A model generated the notes under the pieces. It was not told where the DNA came from. It was given only the letters and a program-made list of their open reading frames with translations, and ran no database searches. DNA of 63,833 bases, filler included, from Craspedostauros australis (taxonomy: Eukaryota), in NCBI GenBank assembly GCA_030167865.1. It is 10 parts of 10 records of this genome, joined end to end, with 100 filler letters (N's around TTAATTAATTAA, not from the genome) between each part and the next. Parts side by side here need not be neighbours in the genome. Positions count along the whole stretch, not along the records: positions 9,019 to 14,503 come from JALAGF010006337.1; positions 14,604 to 19,274 come from JALAGF010006338.1; positions 19,375 to 23,381 come from JALAGF010006339.1; 7 more parts are not named here. One strand, given 5' to 3'. Both the position numbers and the translations under genes were made by a program. The number at the start of each line of letters is the position of its first letter. Within the stretch, counting starts at the first letter, position 1. Below, piece by piece: positions 10,256 to 22,268 of this stretch.

Positions 10256-11900
10256 CATGTCAAGGTGTGTTGGGCCTATGGAGAGATCATTCGGCGATTC
10301 CCGTCTTGGAGAGACATTGCCTACGCAAAAGGAATTGGAGCAGTGAGATTGAAATCAGCCACATACGCTCAGATCGAACTGAACCTCAGGGGCGTCCAAA
10401 TGAACAGCTCACAGGACGTGCTCCAGGCGGAACCGATCATGCTGGCCGACATTCGCAGATTCCAGGAGTGCGCTGCACCCAATCCAGAAACGTACAGGAA
10501 CATCGCCCTGCTCTACGTTATGTTCGAGACTGGAGCCAGGAGCGTCACATTTTGTCAACCAAGTCAGAAGGCTCCCAGGAAAGATCACTTGACAGGCCAA
10601 TGGACCATTGCATATCCAAATGTGAAGGTTGGAGAAAGCCACCTTGACTACAGGCATGTCATATTGTTGCAGGAGGCATCAACTGCATTTGAACGACTTT
10701 GGAGATGTCGCCACAACGTGGATTGGACACAGAAAGGGAACACATTCTGCATCCAGTCGCCCAATGCAATATACAAGTTCCTTGGGCACCTTTGTCTGAG
10801 CGCAGGCTACCCCAAGCAGTACTTCTCTGCGCATTCTGGACGAGCTGGTGCAATAAACACAGCCATATGCGATGCCATTCTGGCTGGGAAGCCAGTTTCT
10901 GTTGGCCAAGCAAATGCAACAATTCTGGGAGACTTCGCCACCAACTCTGAATGCATGAGATGGTACTACAGGGACGTGTCGGACACCATCGAGCAGTACA
11001 AGGGGCACGCAAAAGGACACGTCGAATCTGACTGTGTTGCAACTGCATCGCAATTTGCACAACATGCTGCAACCAATCACTCAACAGCACCCATCTTGTG
11101 GGGTGTCCTACAGCAATGGCGTATACAAGGAGGCTGTTGCAATTTGCAACGAACTTGATTCCTCTTGGCAATTGGACGATTGGTGGCGCGCACAGGGCAA
11201 CTCCTGGCGGACCAATGAGGTGTTTGAAGAAGCTGGCCTTCGGCTTGAGGTCAGTGGCCGCCTTCACAAACAGGTGCTGCAATGCACAGAGCTGTACACG
11301 TCAAAGCAATGCAGCCATCCAAGAAGAATCGGCAATATCATCAAACTCATGATTGGAGCCGGTGAGTTGAAAAGGGAAATGCTGATCCCCAACCACTCAA
11401 TCAACGTGTCTCCACATTTCCTACGCTACTTCCTCCTTCCTCAACAGCCATCAAAGGAGGCTCGCCAAGCACCAAGGCCAAGACAACGATATGATGCATC
11501 CAATTCAACCAGCCTTGACCTGTTCCACCAACACTTATCCAGTCGAGCATGTGAGCGAAACATTGGCTTCATCTCAGTTGGAGACAAACAGTACAATCTC
11601 GCAAAATTGAGCACAGCGCAGTGGAAGATGCTGAGACGACGCGAGCAGCCGAAGGTGGTAATCGATGCATCTGAGTTCTACTCATCAAACCCAGCTGCTG
11701 TCCTTCCGCGGGAGGTGCATTCCAATGCTGCTGTCAATCAGACCAGCGCGAAAACGATTGGTCTCTCAACTGACAATCCTCCTGTCCATCACAATGAGAC
11801 ATCAGAGATGGATGATGCCATGGATAACAATCCTGGAGCAGCAGAGATAATTGATTTGATCAGCATTGCTGTGGAAGAAGAAACAGAGGGAGATATTTAA
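10217..11900 (+). mobile_element. Tyrosine recombinase gene (Crypton/DIRS-Ngaro-like), with a +1 frameshift near 11005 and the N-terminus missing or in an upstream exon
   Basis: Box I RNIALLYVMFETGARS, Lys in PNVKVG, box II YFSAHSGRAG (HxxR) and LGDF...MRWYY nucleophile region. The coding pattern continues in ORF 11034-11900 after a GGGG run. Confidence 0.8.
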
Positions 11901-14030
11901 GCAAAATAGTATATTCGTGAATTGTGATGTGATGTACGAGTTCGGTGTGGTACACTGACAACGTGTCGCCTTGTGTGAAGGAGCAATGGAGCAAAACCAG
12001 ATCAAGTGGCGATTTTGGAGCGGAGGCAATACCTGGAGCTGAATAAAGCAACACTGTAGTGAAGCAGGTGACACGAAGGCGAAACGATCGATATGCAACG
12101 AGAAACCAGCTTCAGCAACTCACCTTGGGTGAAAAGAAAAGCGCATGTTTTGCGCGGCGTCGACGTTCCAGTCTTTCAACGACCGTGTTGGGATTGACTG
12201 GAAAACATGCTGCAGCATGAGGCCGGAGGAATGTTGGCTGTGGCTGCTTTGTTTGTGCAATATTGACAGCAGCATCACTGTTTTGGAGATCTGGTCATGG
12301 AACAATGAGGAAGGCGATTGTTGTTGTTGTTGCTGCATTGGTGACTCTTCAGCGACTGCAATGGAGTAATCTGGAGTCAATGAGAGGAGAGTGGAGAATG
12401 GATAACATGTATTTTGCTATTTTGTTGCAACGTGTCATGCCCTGTCCTGTCCCGCTCTTCTCTGCCCAGTGCTGCACTGTTCTGTTCTGCTGTTGTTGAC
12501 GATGATGTCTGGTTGCACATTGTGACATGCGAGGATAGGATGGTGTACAAGGAGGGCACGCACATAGATGCAAAATGCCAAATGAGATGGTGTGATGGAA
12601 AAGAGGAACAGTGGACCGCAGCAGCAGAGTGTTGTGAGAAATGGCGAGCAGCATCCACAATCATTCCCTCCCAACCAATCATTTGAGCCACAACGCATCA
12701 AAGTCGAAGTCATTGTCGTTGCTGACTGCGCTCGCGCGAAACATTGACGAAGTGACAAGCACGGTGTTTCCATATACGATCGTAGTCATACTTACCGAGT
12801 ATGTACGGAGTGCATCTCGAGGTCTGTCAGGAATCGGGTGTTATGAAACACGTGATTGCCGCACCTCCCAGGAGTATTTGGAGTCAAGTGTTGTGAAACA
12901 GTAAATTACCGCACCTCCCGATGTGACATTATGAGCATCAAAATGTGAGGTACATGATGAGGCGAAGGCTGTCCTGAGACGAATGGCGAATGACAAGTGT
13001 GGATTGAATGGTGATGACTGTGAAGGATAATGCAAACATCCAATACACTATTGCATGTCACAAGGGGCAGCGATGTTGTGTTCGTGACCAGCATGAAGAC
13101 ACACATCACTGNNNNNNNNNNNNNNNNNNNNNNNNNNNNNNNNNNNNNNNNNNNNNNNNNNNNNNNNNNNNNNNNNNNNNNNNNNNNNNNNNNNNNNNNN
13201 NNNNNNNNNNNNNNNNNNNNNNNNNNNNNNNNNNNNNNNNNNNNNNNNNNNNNNNNNNNNNNNNNNNNNNNNNNNNNNNNNNNNNNNNNNNNNNNNNNNN
13301 NNNNNNNNNNNNNNNNNNNNNNNNNNNNNNNNAGGGATGGATGCCTCAACACGAGAAATCGTGTGAGAAATCGTGAGAACAACGGTTCAACCGTGAGAAC
13401 AGTTGTGTCTCTTGTGCTTTGTGAAAACACGAAGATGATGATCCGACTGAGTGAAACGAGTCGGTAACGCCTGTGAATCAATGATGTCTATGCTGACGAA
13501 ACTATTGGTAGAGGGCAGGAGATGGAATATCTGAGATGCATGATGAGATGCANNNNNNNNNNNNNNNNNNNNNNNNNNNNNNNNNNNNNNNNNNNNNNNN
13601 NNNNNNNNNNNNNNNNNNNNNNNNNNNNNNNNNNNNNNNNNNNNNNNNNNNNNNNNNTATGTATGCTTTGGCAAATGGAATTGAAAGTGATGAAGATGTT
13701 GTACTCACAGTTCCAACAATGCAATAACATGAATAGGTAACCAGATACTACTAGTAGAGACTGGGGTACCCCGGATTTCCAACAGAGGTCGGTGGCAGCG
13801 GAAGATAATGATGTGCAGAGGTGAGCGCGTAATAGTGATATGGAATACGAGTACTCATCTGCAAGGCACGGGAATTCCGCTGAAACTGTCACACGTTCGC
13901 ATTCGACCACTCTGACTAATCATCAACTTCGTACGTGACTTGATTGGAACGACTCAACACTCGGAGTATATCCACAATGATAACGTATATAACCGTTTAG
14001 TGTTTGAAATCCGAACACCATCTACCCCGT

Positions 14031-14315
14031 CAACAAACGTTGAAAGTGCTCAACAAACGTTGAAAGTGCTCAACAAACGTTGAAAGTACTGAACAAACGT
14101 TGAAAGTACTGAACAAACGTTGAAAGTACTCAACAAACGTTGAAAGTACTCAACAAACGTTGAAAGTACTNNNNNNNNNNNNNNNNNNNNNNNNNNNNNN
14201 NNNNNNNNNNNAACAAACGTTGAAAGTACTCAACAAACGTTGAAAGTACTCAACAAACGTTGAAAGTACTCAACAAACGTTGAAAGTACTCAACAAGCGT
14301 TGAAAGTACTCAACA
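14031..14315 (+). repeat. 20-bp minisatellite (CAACAAACGTTGAAAGTACT)n
   Basis: At least 11 visible near-identical head-to-tail units around an N gap, with no spacers. Confidence 0.95.
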
Positions 14316-14603
14316 CACATCGAGAGTAGTCATTGTTGGTATACGATCCCATGACAGTGCAGCAACAATCTCCCATGTTTGCGGCCTTCGTTCAGTCAGG
14401 GATATTCACAACAATGACATCACACATACACACACACACACATCACGCATCGTCTCCCAATTATCACAGTTATGTCAAAGAATCGTTTCGCGCCGTTACA
14501 AACNNNNNNNNNNNNNNNNNNNNNNNNNNNNNNNNNNNNNNNNNNNNTTAATTAATTAANNNNNNNNNNNNNNNNNNNNNNNNNNNNNNNNNNNNNNNNN
14601 NNN

Positions 14604-15978
14604 CCCAAACCACCCATGCCAGCAACCACATCGACGACTGTGGCGACTCCCCAGATGAAAGAGAGACCCTTGATGAATCAGTGGGAATGCCATTACCACC
14701 CAGGAGACCAGTGATCATGGAGAGGGCCTTCGATGCTCCCAATCAGTTCAGGAAGATTGTTCCAAGTCCATCTCCACGCCCAGCAACCAGTCCAAGGCTG
14801 GGAGAGGAGCATCTGGATATGCACCCAATGCCATTGACCCCACAAGACGGGTCAGTGACCGGAAGATCGTTCCCCATGACGGCACCAGGTGCCAAGGAGG
14901 CCACCAACCCAAGGAAGAGGACCAGAATGGACCTTCCCATGCCAGAGCCATACCCATCCCCAAGGCGACTCCAATCCTGCAACGTCATGCCAAGGGCACG
15001 AACGACAGCCATGAACTACATTCCCAACCATCTGCCCATCCTCGACCCTACCAACAGGATCAGAGCAGTCCCCCGCACTGATCCCAGATCGGACCAAGCC
15101 ACCCAAGACATTACCGCCACCCTCCACCGTGAAGGAATGACCCACATCAATGAGATCCAACAGACCACCATCACCACAAGGCTCAATGAGGAACTGGAAC
15201 GATTGGCGGACGAAGACAGCCAAGATCCCATGTGCGAAGACATCGACGAACTTGATGCATGGAATGCGCATGCCGCTATCTTGNGCTGCAGCACGGTCAA
15301 CGCTACGATTAGCTTTCTTGCTTCCAGTCAACTCACGTTGCGACGTGAGATGAAGGGGAGTAATAGAGCTAAACTAGCAGTTAGGCTAAGGAAGGATTTC
15401 CTGGAACACATGACTCGTTTTCCCACGAATCCGTCTGAACCACGTTTCGGACATAACCACGTTTGGAGCACGCACAAGTCTTCGAAGAAACTCTTTGAAG
15501 TCCAGGACCCATGGAAAAAGGGTCCCCATGACTGGGTCACCGGAACCCCTCCCCACCAAAAACTTGATGCCGATACAAGACTNNNNNNNNNNNNNNNNNN
15601 NNNNNNNNNNNNNNNNNNNNNNNNNNNNNNNNTAATAGAGCTAAACTAGCAGTTAGGCTAAGGAAGGATTTCCTGGAACACATGACTCGTTTTCCCACGA
15701 ATCTGTCTGAACCACGCTTCGGACATAACCACGTTTGGAGCACGCACAAGTCTTCGAAGAAACTCTTTGGAGTCCAGGACCCATGGAAAAAGGGTCCCCA
15801 TGACTGGGTCACCGGAACCCCTCCCCACCAAAAACTTGATGCCGATACAAGACTGCTGGATCGACGGTACAGTTCCACGTGGGAGTACACGCAAGATGAC
15901 CTTCGCCCAGCTTCCAACTCCATGAAGGAAACTCTCCCATGGTACTGGAGCTACGCAAACCCTACGCCCGTTTTCTGA
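14604..15978 (+). other. Unidentified Pro-rich ORF fragment and repeat-derived sequence. 15361-15582 is duplicated at 15633-15853 across a gap.
   Basis: Long open frame 14681-15649 with no motif I recognise. An imperfect direct repeat GGTAC..GCTACGCAAACCCTACG lies at 15941 and 16009. Confidence 0.3.
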
Positions 15979-16789
15979 CAGCAACCCAACAAAAGGGCCC
16001 CCTCCTGTGGTACTTGGGCTACGCAAACCCTACGACCTTTTTCCAGGGCAACCCACACAGGGTGTCACACCAACAAGAATAATTGCACTAATCTCATAAT
16101 CCGCACGTTTCTTCACCATCTACCAGTATTCTCAATTGACTACTTGTGGAACAGAAGACTCTCGTCCGGACCCGCTTGCCAATCAAGCCTCTACAGCCAA
16201 CAACAGCTAACAAGTGATAAGCCATTACGTTTGGGCTCTATTAAGGCATCTCAAGGATGCACTGGTTGGTCCCTGCATTCGTGATTCGGAAACGCTGTTA
16301 TGGCATGGAGGGGTATGTACGAGGTGGAGCGACATGATGTGTAAAAAAGGAAGTGAAATAGCTGACATGATGAAAGGAGAGGACGAGACGCTGATCGCAA
16401 TCCATTTCCAATCCATGTTCAACCGGGCATCGCACAATAGGATACAAGAGCACTTCACTCACTGACGTAATGACGCGAGTCAGCACGTCGCAGGATTGCT
16501 CGAATACATGAATGCATACCACTGATACGAACGAACCATATCATCGCCATTTCGTCTCAAGACGAGTTGCCAGAGACGGAGACAGCGTCATCGATATCGA
16601 TACTGTCTTGCTGGTGGTTTGATAGCGTCTCCGGAATCAATTGCAGTTTCTTGCTGATGCTCGTGGGGATAGGCAGACCATCGGGGGACTGCAAGAGCCC
16701 CTGCAGATACGTCCTCTTCGCAGTGCGGATGGTCAGAACGCAGCTATTGCCGTAAGTACCCCAAGCATTACTATTGAAAATATTGAAAT

Positions 16790-19274
16790 CGGCTAAATAT
16801 ATTTACCGCGCCGAGAAAAATGCCCTTGGGGGCGAGATTGGGCAAACATTGTCCCCAATGCATGCCCCTTCGCCCACGAAACAATACTATTCGGTGGATT
16901 GGTGACACAAGAATTGATCCCGACGCAGCATCTCCCATTGCAAGTTGCCCTTACCTCGCTTGCGCTGCCTGCGAACAGCAAGCGGTTTATGGCGAGAGCC
17001 GAGAATAGAGCCCGGGTCAAGACTTGATGGGTGGAAACGCCGCCTGTGAAGAAAGACTGAGCAACAGCGGGTGTATTGGCTCCAGGAGGTGAAGCACCAT
17101 TGCACCCAATGATGCTCCTGATCAATAGACTCTGTTTGGGGTCCAAGGCCTCAACTGCAGTGACAAAATCTGCACACACACCTTCAGAAGCGCCACAAGT
17201 GACCATTCCTGGAACTTCATTGAATGTTGAATCGACATCTCCGGGCGTTGAAAGACATCCGACCTTCAACATAAATATCCGCGTTGGCATTGATGATGGC
17301 ATATCGGACGGAATGCTGGATACAGACGGTAGACCAGATGGGGCATCAGATGGAAGTTGAGAAGGAATGCCGGACGGTGATATGGATGGAAAGTCGGATG
17401 GCAGACCTGACGGCGTCATGGTGGTAGGAATGATGGCAAACTGGACGGTAAGTCCGATGGCAAGGATGAGGGCAGATCAGATGGTTGGTCTGACGGTAAA
17501 TTTGATGGAACTTCCGACGGCATCCGAGATGGGAGACCTGATGGTAGATCTGATGGTAGATCAGATGGCAGGTCCGAGGGCAGATCCGACGGCAAGCTTG
17601 ATGGTAGATCTGACGGAAAGCCCGAAGGCAGGTCTGACGGCAGATCGGACGGCGTTTCAGACGGCGTTTCAGACGGCAATCCTGACGGTAGATCTGATGG
17701 GAGCTCGGATGGCATACCCGAAGGTTGACTCGATGGAAGATCTGATGGTAAATCGGACGGAAGCTCGGACGGCAGATCAGACGGTAAGTCCGAAGGCAGG
17801 TCTGACGGCAGGTCCGACGGCAGCTCGGACGGCAATCCTGACGGAAGGTCTGATGGTAGATCTGACGGTACATATGATGGGAGCTCAGATGGCATACCCG
17901 AAGGCTGACTCGATGGAAGATCTGATGGTAAATCGGACGGTAAGTCCGAAGGCAGGTCCGATGGCAGATTTGACGGCAACTCGGACGGCAATCCTGACGG
18001 AATGTCTGATGGCAGCTCGGAAGGCATATCCGAAGGCTGACTCGATGGGAGATCTGATGGTAGATCGGACGGCAGCTCGGACGGAAGCTCGGAAGGAAGA
18101 CTTGATGGTAGATCTGACGGAAGGTCCGATGGTAGATCTGACGGTAAGCCCGAAGGCAAGCTTGATGGTAAATCTGACGGCAGATCCGACGGCAATCCTG
18201 ACGGAAGGTCTGATGGTAGATCTGACGGTACATATGATGGGAGCTCAGATGGCATACCCGAAGGCTGGCTCGATGGGAGATCTGATGGTAGATCGGATGG
18301 CAGCTCGGAAGGAAGACTTGATGGTAGATCGGACGGAACACTTGATGGTAGGTCTGACGGTATCTCGGATGGGNNNNNNNNNNNNNNNNNNNNNNNNNNN
18401 NNNNNNNNNNNNNNNNNNNNNNNAGATCTGACGGAAGGTCCGATGGTAGATCTGACGGTAAGCCCGAAGGCAAGCTTGATGGTAAATCTGACGGCAGATC
18501 CGACGGCAATCCTGACGGAAGGTCTGATGGTAGATCTGACGGTACATATGATGGGAGCTCAGATGGCATACCCGAAGGCTGGCTCGATGGAAGATCTGAT
18601 GGTAGATCTGACGGTAAGTCCGAAGGCAGGTCCGATGGCAGATCTGACGGCAACTCGGACGGTAATCCTGACGGAATGTCTGATGGCAGCTCGGAAGGCA
18701 TATCCGAAGGCTGACTCGACGGAAGATCTGATGGTAGATCGGACGGAAGCTCGGAAGGAAGATCTGATGGTAGATCGGACGGAACACTTGATGGTAGGTC
18801 CGACGGCATCTCAGATGGCAGATCGGACGGCAAGTCTGACGGTATCTCAGACGGGAGGCTTGATGGTCCACTAGACGGCAAGCCTGATGGTAGATCTGAC
18901 GGCATTTCGGACGGAACCTCAGACGGAAGATCGGANGGAATCTCAGATGGAATATCTGAAGGTGATTCCGATGGTAGATCCGATGGCAGACTGGAAGGCA
19001 TTGCAGACGGGAGGCTNGACGGAGCCTGAGAGGGATCCTCGGANGGAATTGAGCTGGGACCCTGAGACGGGACCTCTGACGGAACCTGGCTTGGATTGGA
19101 TGATGCAAGAGGTGTGGGGAACGGAGTTGGAGAGAACGTGGGACAGTCTGTTGGAAGCGTGGCTTTGCCCACGCAGAACTCATCCACCCTCTCGCCCGTT
19201 GGACTGCCGTCGCTTCTCTTTGGACACGCTCCACCCGCATCCGAGATGAGATACACCGCATCGAAGTTGCATTC
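16790..19274 (-). pseudogene. 3' part of a Cys-rich/mucin-like family member with a very long (PSDL)n tract and a second Cys/helical domain; frameshifted
   Basis: The start ECNFDAVYLISDAGGACP..PTGERVDEFCVGKATLPTDCPTFSPTPFPTP matches member 1. Then ~1.7 kb of 12-bp PSxL repeats. Frameshifts near 17420, 16880 (IVF/VGEGACIGDNVCP) and probably ~16840. Confidence 0.75.
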
Positions 19275-19726
19275 NNNNNNNNNNNNNNNNNNNNNNNNNN
19301 NNNNNNNNNNNNNNNNNNTTAATTAATTAANNNNNNNNNNNNNNNNNNNNNNNNNNNNNNNNNNNNNNNNNNNNCATTTGCCGTCAGCGATTGGGTGGAC
19401 AGAGATCTTATCCTGATCACCGACGTGCCTTCGGACCTCAATGCCGCGGACGTGTGCACCAAACAGACGCCTGTGGTTCTGTTCTATCGGCATACGGATC
19501 TGCTCATGGGACGCATACCGCCTTTCTACGTACAGCCATGAGTGCTCCCCATGGAGTGTGGTGATCCCTGTCTTCTCTACGACAGAGTCGATTATTTCCG
19601 CTAGCTTACGCCAGCGTGGGGGGGGGGTGTTGGCATCCGTACACCCGTACGATGACAGACGTCATCAGCAGCAGCAGCAGCGAACACAACAAAAGTCATC
19701 ACCACTCTGTGGCCATAAATCCATCA

Positions 19727-20560
19727 TTAGCACCAAAACACACACATCACACTCTCACGATACTGACACTTGGGACCCAAAACGCGTTCATCCCCGATGT
19801 AACCTTTGTCAGCGACAACAACTTCGCCGTCGGTCAACTGGTTCTTTAAACCAAACCGAAAGATGCTGAGGTCATTCCACATGCCACAAGGAAAGGGTCC
19901 ATTGGTCCACACGATGTCGCCACCAGTAATTGACAGGGCGATCTCATACCGAACGCCTGGGCCCGAGAATTTTGGAGAATACCATCCCTCTGTGAACGGT
20001 TGGGGCTCTTGAATTCGCATGTCAACTCCGTCAACAGTGACAAGCGCTTTGTCCTCTGGCGACGCTTCACGAAACCGATTGGGCCAGTGAATCTGCAATA
20101 ATGAGGAAGCAATTGGCGTTCTGTTAGTGGTTCGCTTATGGAAGTGAATGGAACATGAAAGAAACATTTCAGATCGCATTCGACGACTTACCACGTTGGG
20201 CTTGACTCGGGCTATGATGTCCAACACGATCCAGACCCATTTGCGGAGAGTGGTGCGATTTGTCCTCAACCACAATGACAAAACGCCTTCCGTGGCGTAC
20301 TGTTTTAGAAACGCCGCAGCCCACATCAGGTGCTTTGGGCATAAGTCATGCCGAAATAGTCCTGCTGCACCAATTTCATTCCACAGCATGTGTATCACTG
20401 TCCCTGAAGTGCCAAAAAACGAGTGGAAGGTTCGTTGATTGTCCGTTGGGTTGGCACGTCGTTGGATGTCATCAAACCCGGTGTTGGCGCCAATAAGGGA
20501 CCAGCCCAACCAGTCGAAGGTTCCAACTGCGAGTGCATAAGGAGGGAGTTGATCTGCCAT
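19727..20560 (-). mobile_element. PIF/Harbinger (IS5/ISL2EU-like, DDE_Tnp_4) transposase, 3'-truncated; intron 20191-20093
   Basis: HTH-like N-terminus (HLMWAAAFLKQY...TTLRKWVW), VTVDGVD, WYSPKF.GPGVRYE, GPFPCG.WND, ADKGYIG. In-frame 99-nt GTAAGT...TTGCAG intron. The third catalytic Glu motif was not found. Confidence 0.85.
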
Positions 20561-22268
20561 GGCTCCAAAGGTCCTTCTTGTGTTTTGTGAGAGTTTGATG
20601 GTCCCAACTCATCCTCTTGGATGGATACACAATGGTGAAAACTGAGAGGTCAACAACTAGTACAACTTCAAGCCTGGCACATCAACCGTGACAGCGATAC
20701 CGTCGATGAGCCATTGCAAACGCTGCACTGATGCGGCTGTGATGTGGTGTCATTGAACTTGTGTTGTGAACCTGAGCCTGTTTTAAGATTATTTATTTCC
20801 TTTCTTCTGTTGACGTCAGCGTGGACAACCCACTGCATACTGTAGTTGTGACGCCACCCTCGGCAGCCGCCACGTCTGTGCTGGATGCCGTTTCCATGTT
20901 CTGGTGCAAATCGTTCGCTGTTCTTCGTGTCAACACAAGCAATGGGTCCGCCATTCGAAGGCTCGCGTTAGATGGCGGAGACGGCGAGCTTCACATCTGA
21001 TTGGAAGGTGCCATCTTGCTTTGCATCAACGGAAGCATCGCTCGCATTCAGGCAAGATTCAATAACGACAGGGGTGCGTCAAGGAGCGCCAACTCGCATA
21101 GTCACTTGTTTGTACCAGCAGGCCATCTCTCGCAGGCGTACACCACAGTGGACCCAGCACATGCACATGTAGTAGTACACTCAGGATTGCAATGTTCTAG
21201 TAAAGCTAGTTGTTTTGGCAAGGTACCTCGTCGTTGCGGGATCCAAAGTGACACTGCGTTGTTACAATCAGTGTGCTATGGCATGATTCCTATGGGCGAA
21301 ACATCGATGATGCGTGAGACAAGACCATCAGTAGTGGCATATTATCACGGTCCCCATTCTGTAAACGTGGATTCACGCGTCTGCACCACATGCCCCTCTT
21401 TGGCGACGAGACACGCAGAGTCTCCATCGCGTCATCACAATCTCACTCGTATTTCCGTGTGATGGTGTCACATTGCATTCGCGCATACAAGTACGATGGC
21501 GATGATGACACTCGACATGCGAGGCAGACGTCATTCCTCGACTTGATGTGGTCGCACCTCTCTCCAGCATTGACGTCACTTGACATTGCACAGATGACGA
21601 TATGCCGTCGCTCTGGGATGTCAGTCGCCCAGGGCTCTGCCACATCGACTGACTTCCCCGCATGGTTGGGAACTGCTGTGATTTTGGTGTGATTGTGGGG
21701 AGCGGCCCCCACACTCATGTCATGTTGGACACCCACGTGCTCTGACATCACCAATGTGACACAATGTCAATTAACTACATCAACGACCTTGTCACCCCCA
21801 TCCGCATGCATGTCATGAACGTCATCTGACGTAGGTCGTGCGCGGACGCAGCACCAGCAACGGAGGTATTCGCNNNNNNNNNNNNNNNNNNNNNNNNNNN
21901 NNNNNNNNNNNNNNNNNNNNNNNCCGTGTATTTGCATTCCCTGCTGTTGGTGTCGCACACTCCTTCTCTGCCCCACAACAGTGCGGATGTCGGCACGCAT
22001 ACACCACGAAACAGGCGAATCCGGATGAGGAGGAGTGACGTTGTCTATCGACGACTGTTCATGTGTGGCGCTGTCTGATTCTGACACACGTTCGATGCAT
22101 GGCGCGTGTTGTTAGGACGCTTTCTCACCTTGGACGACTGGCAGGCCGATGCACCATTCTGCACAATGATGTCGCTCTGCGTCAGTCCACATGCACATCG
22201 ACACGTCCTGCACTACTTCCACAACAACCACGAAATTACCCCTTCTGGAAGCGCGTGCACCACGAATG

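Noticed and set aside
11900..12380. Convergent second gene of the recombinase element
   Set aside because: Only short, stop-interrupted frames with no recognisable motif.
14031..14315. CRISPR repeat (the GTTGAAAG ending looks CRISPR-like) or telomere
   Set aside because: No spacers, a 20-bp period and an internal position: a simple minisatellite.
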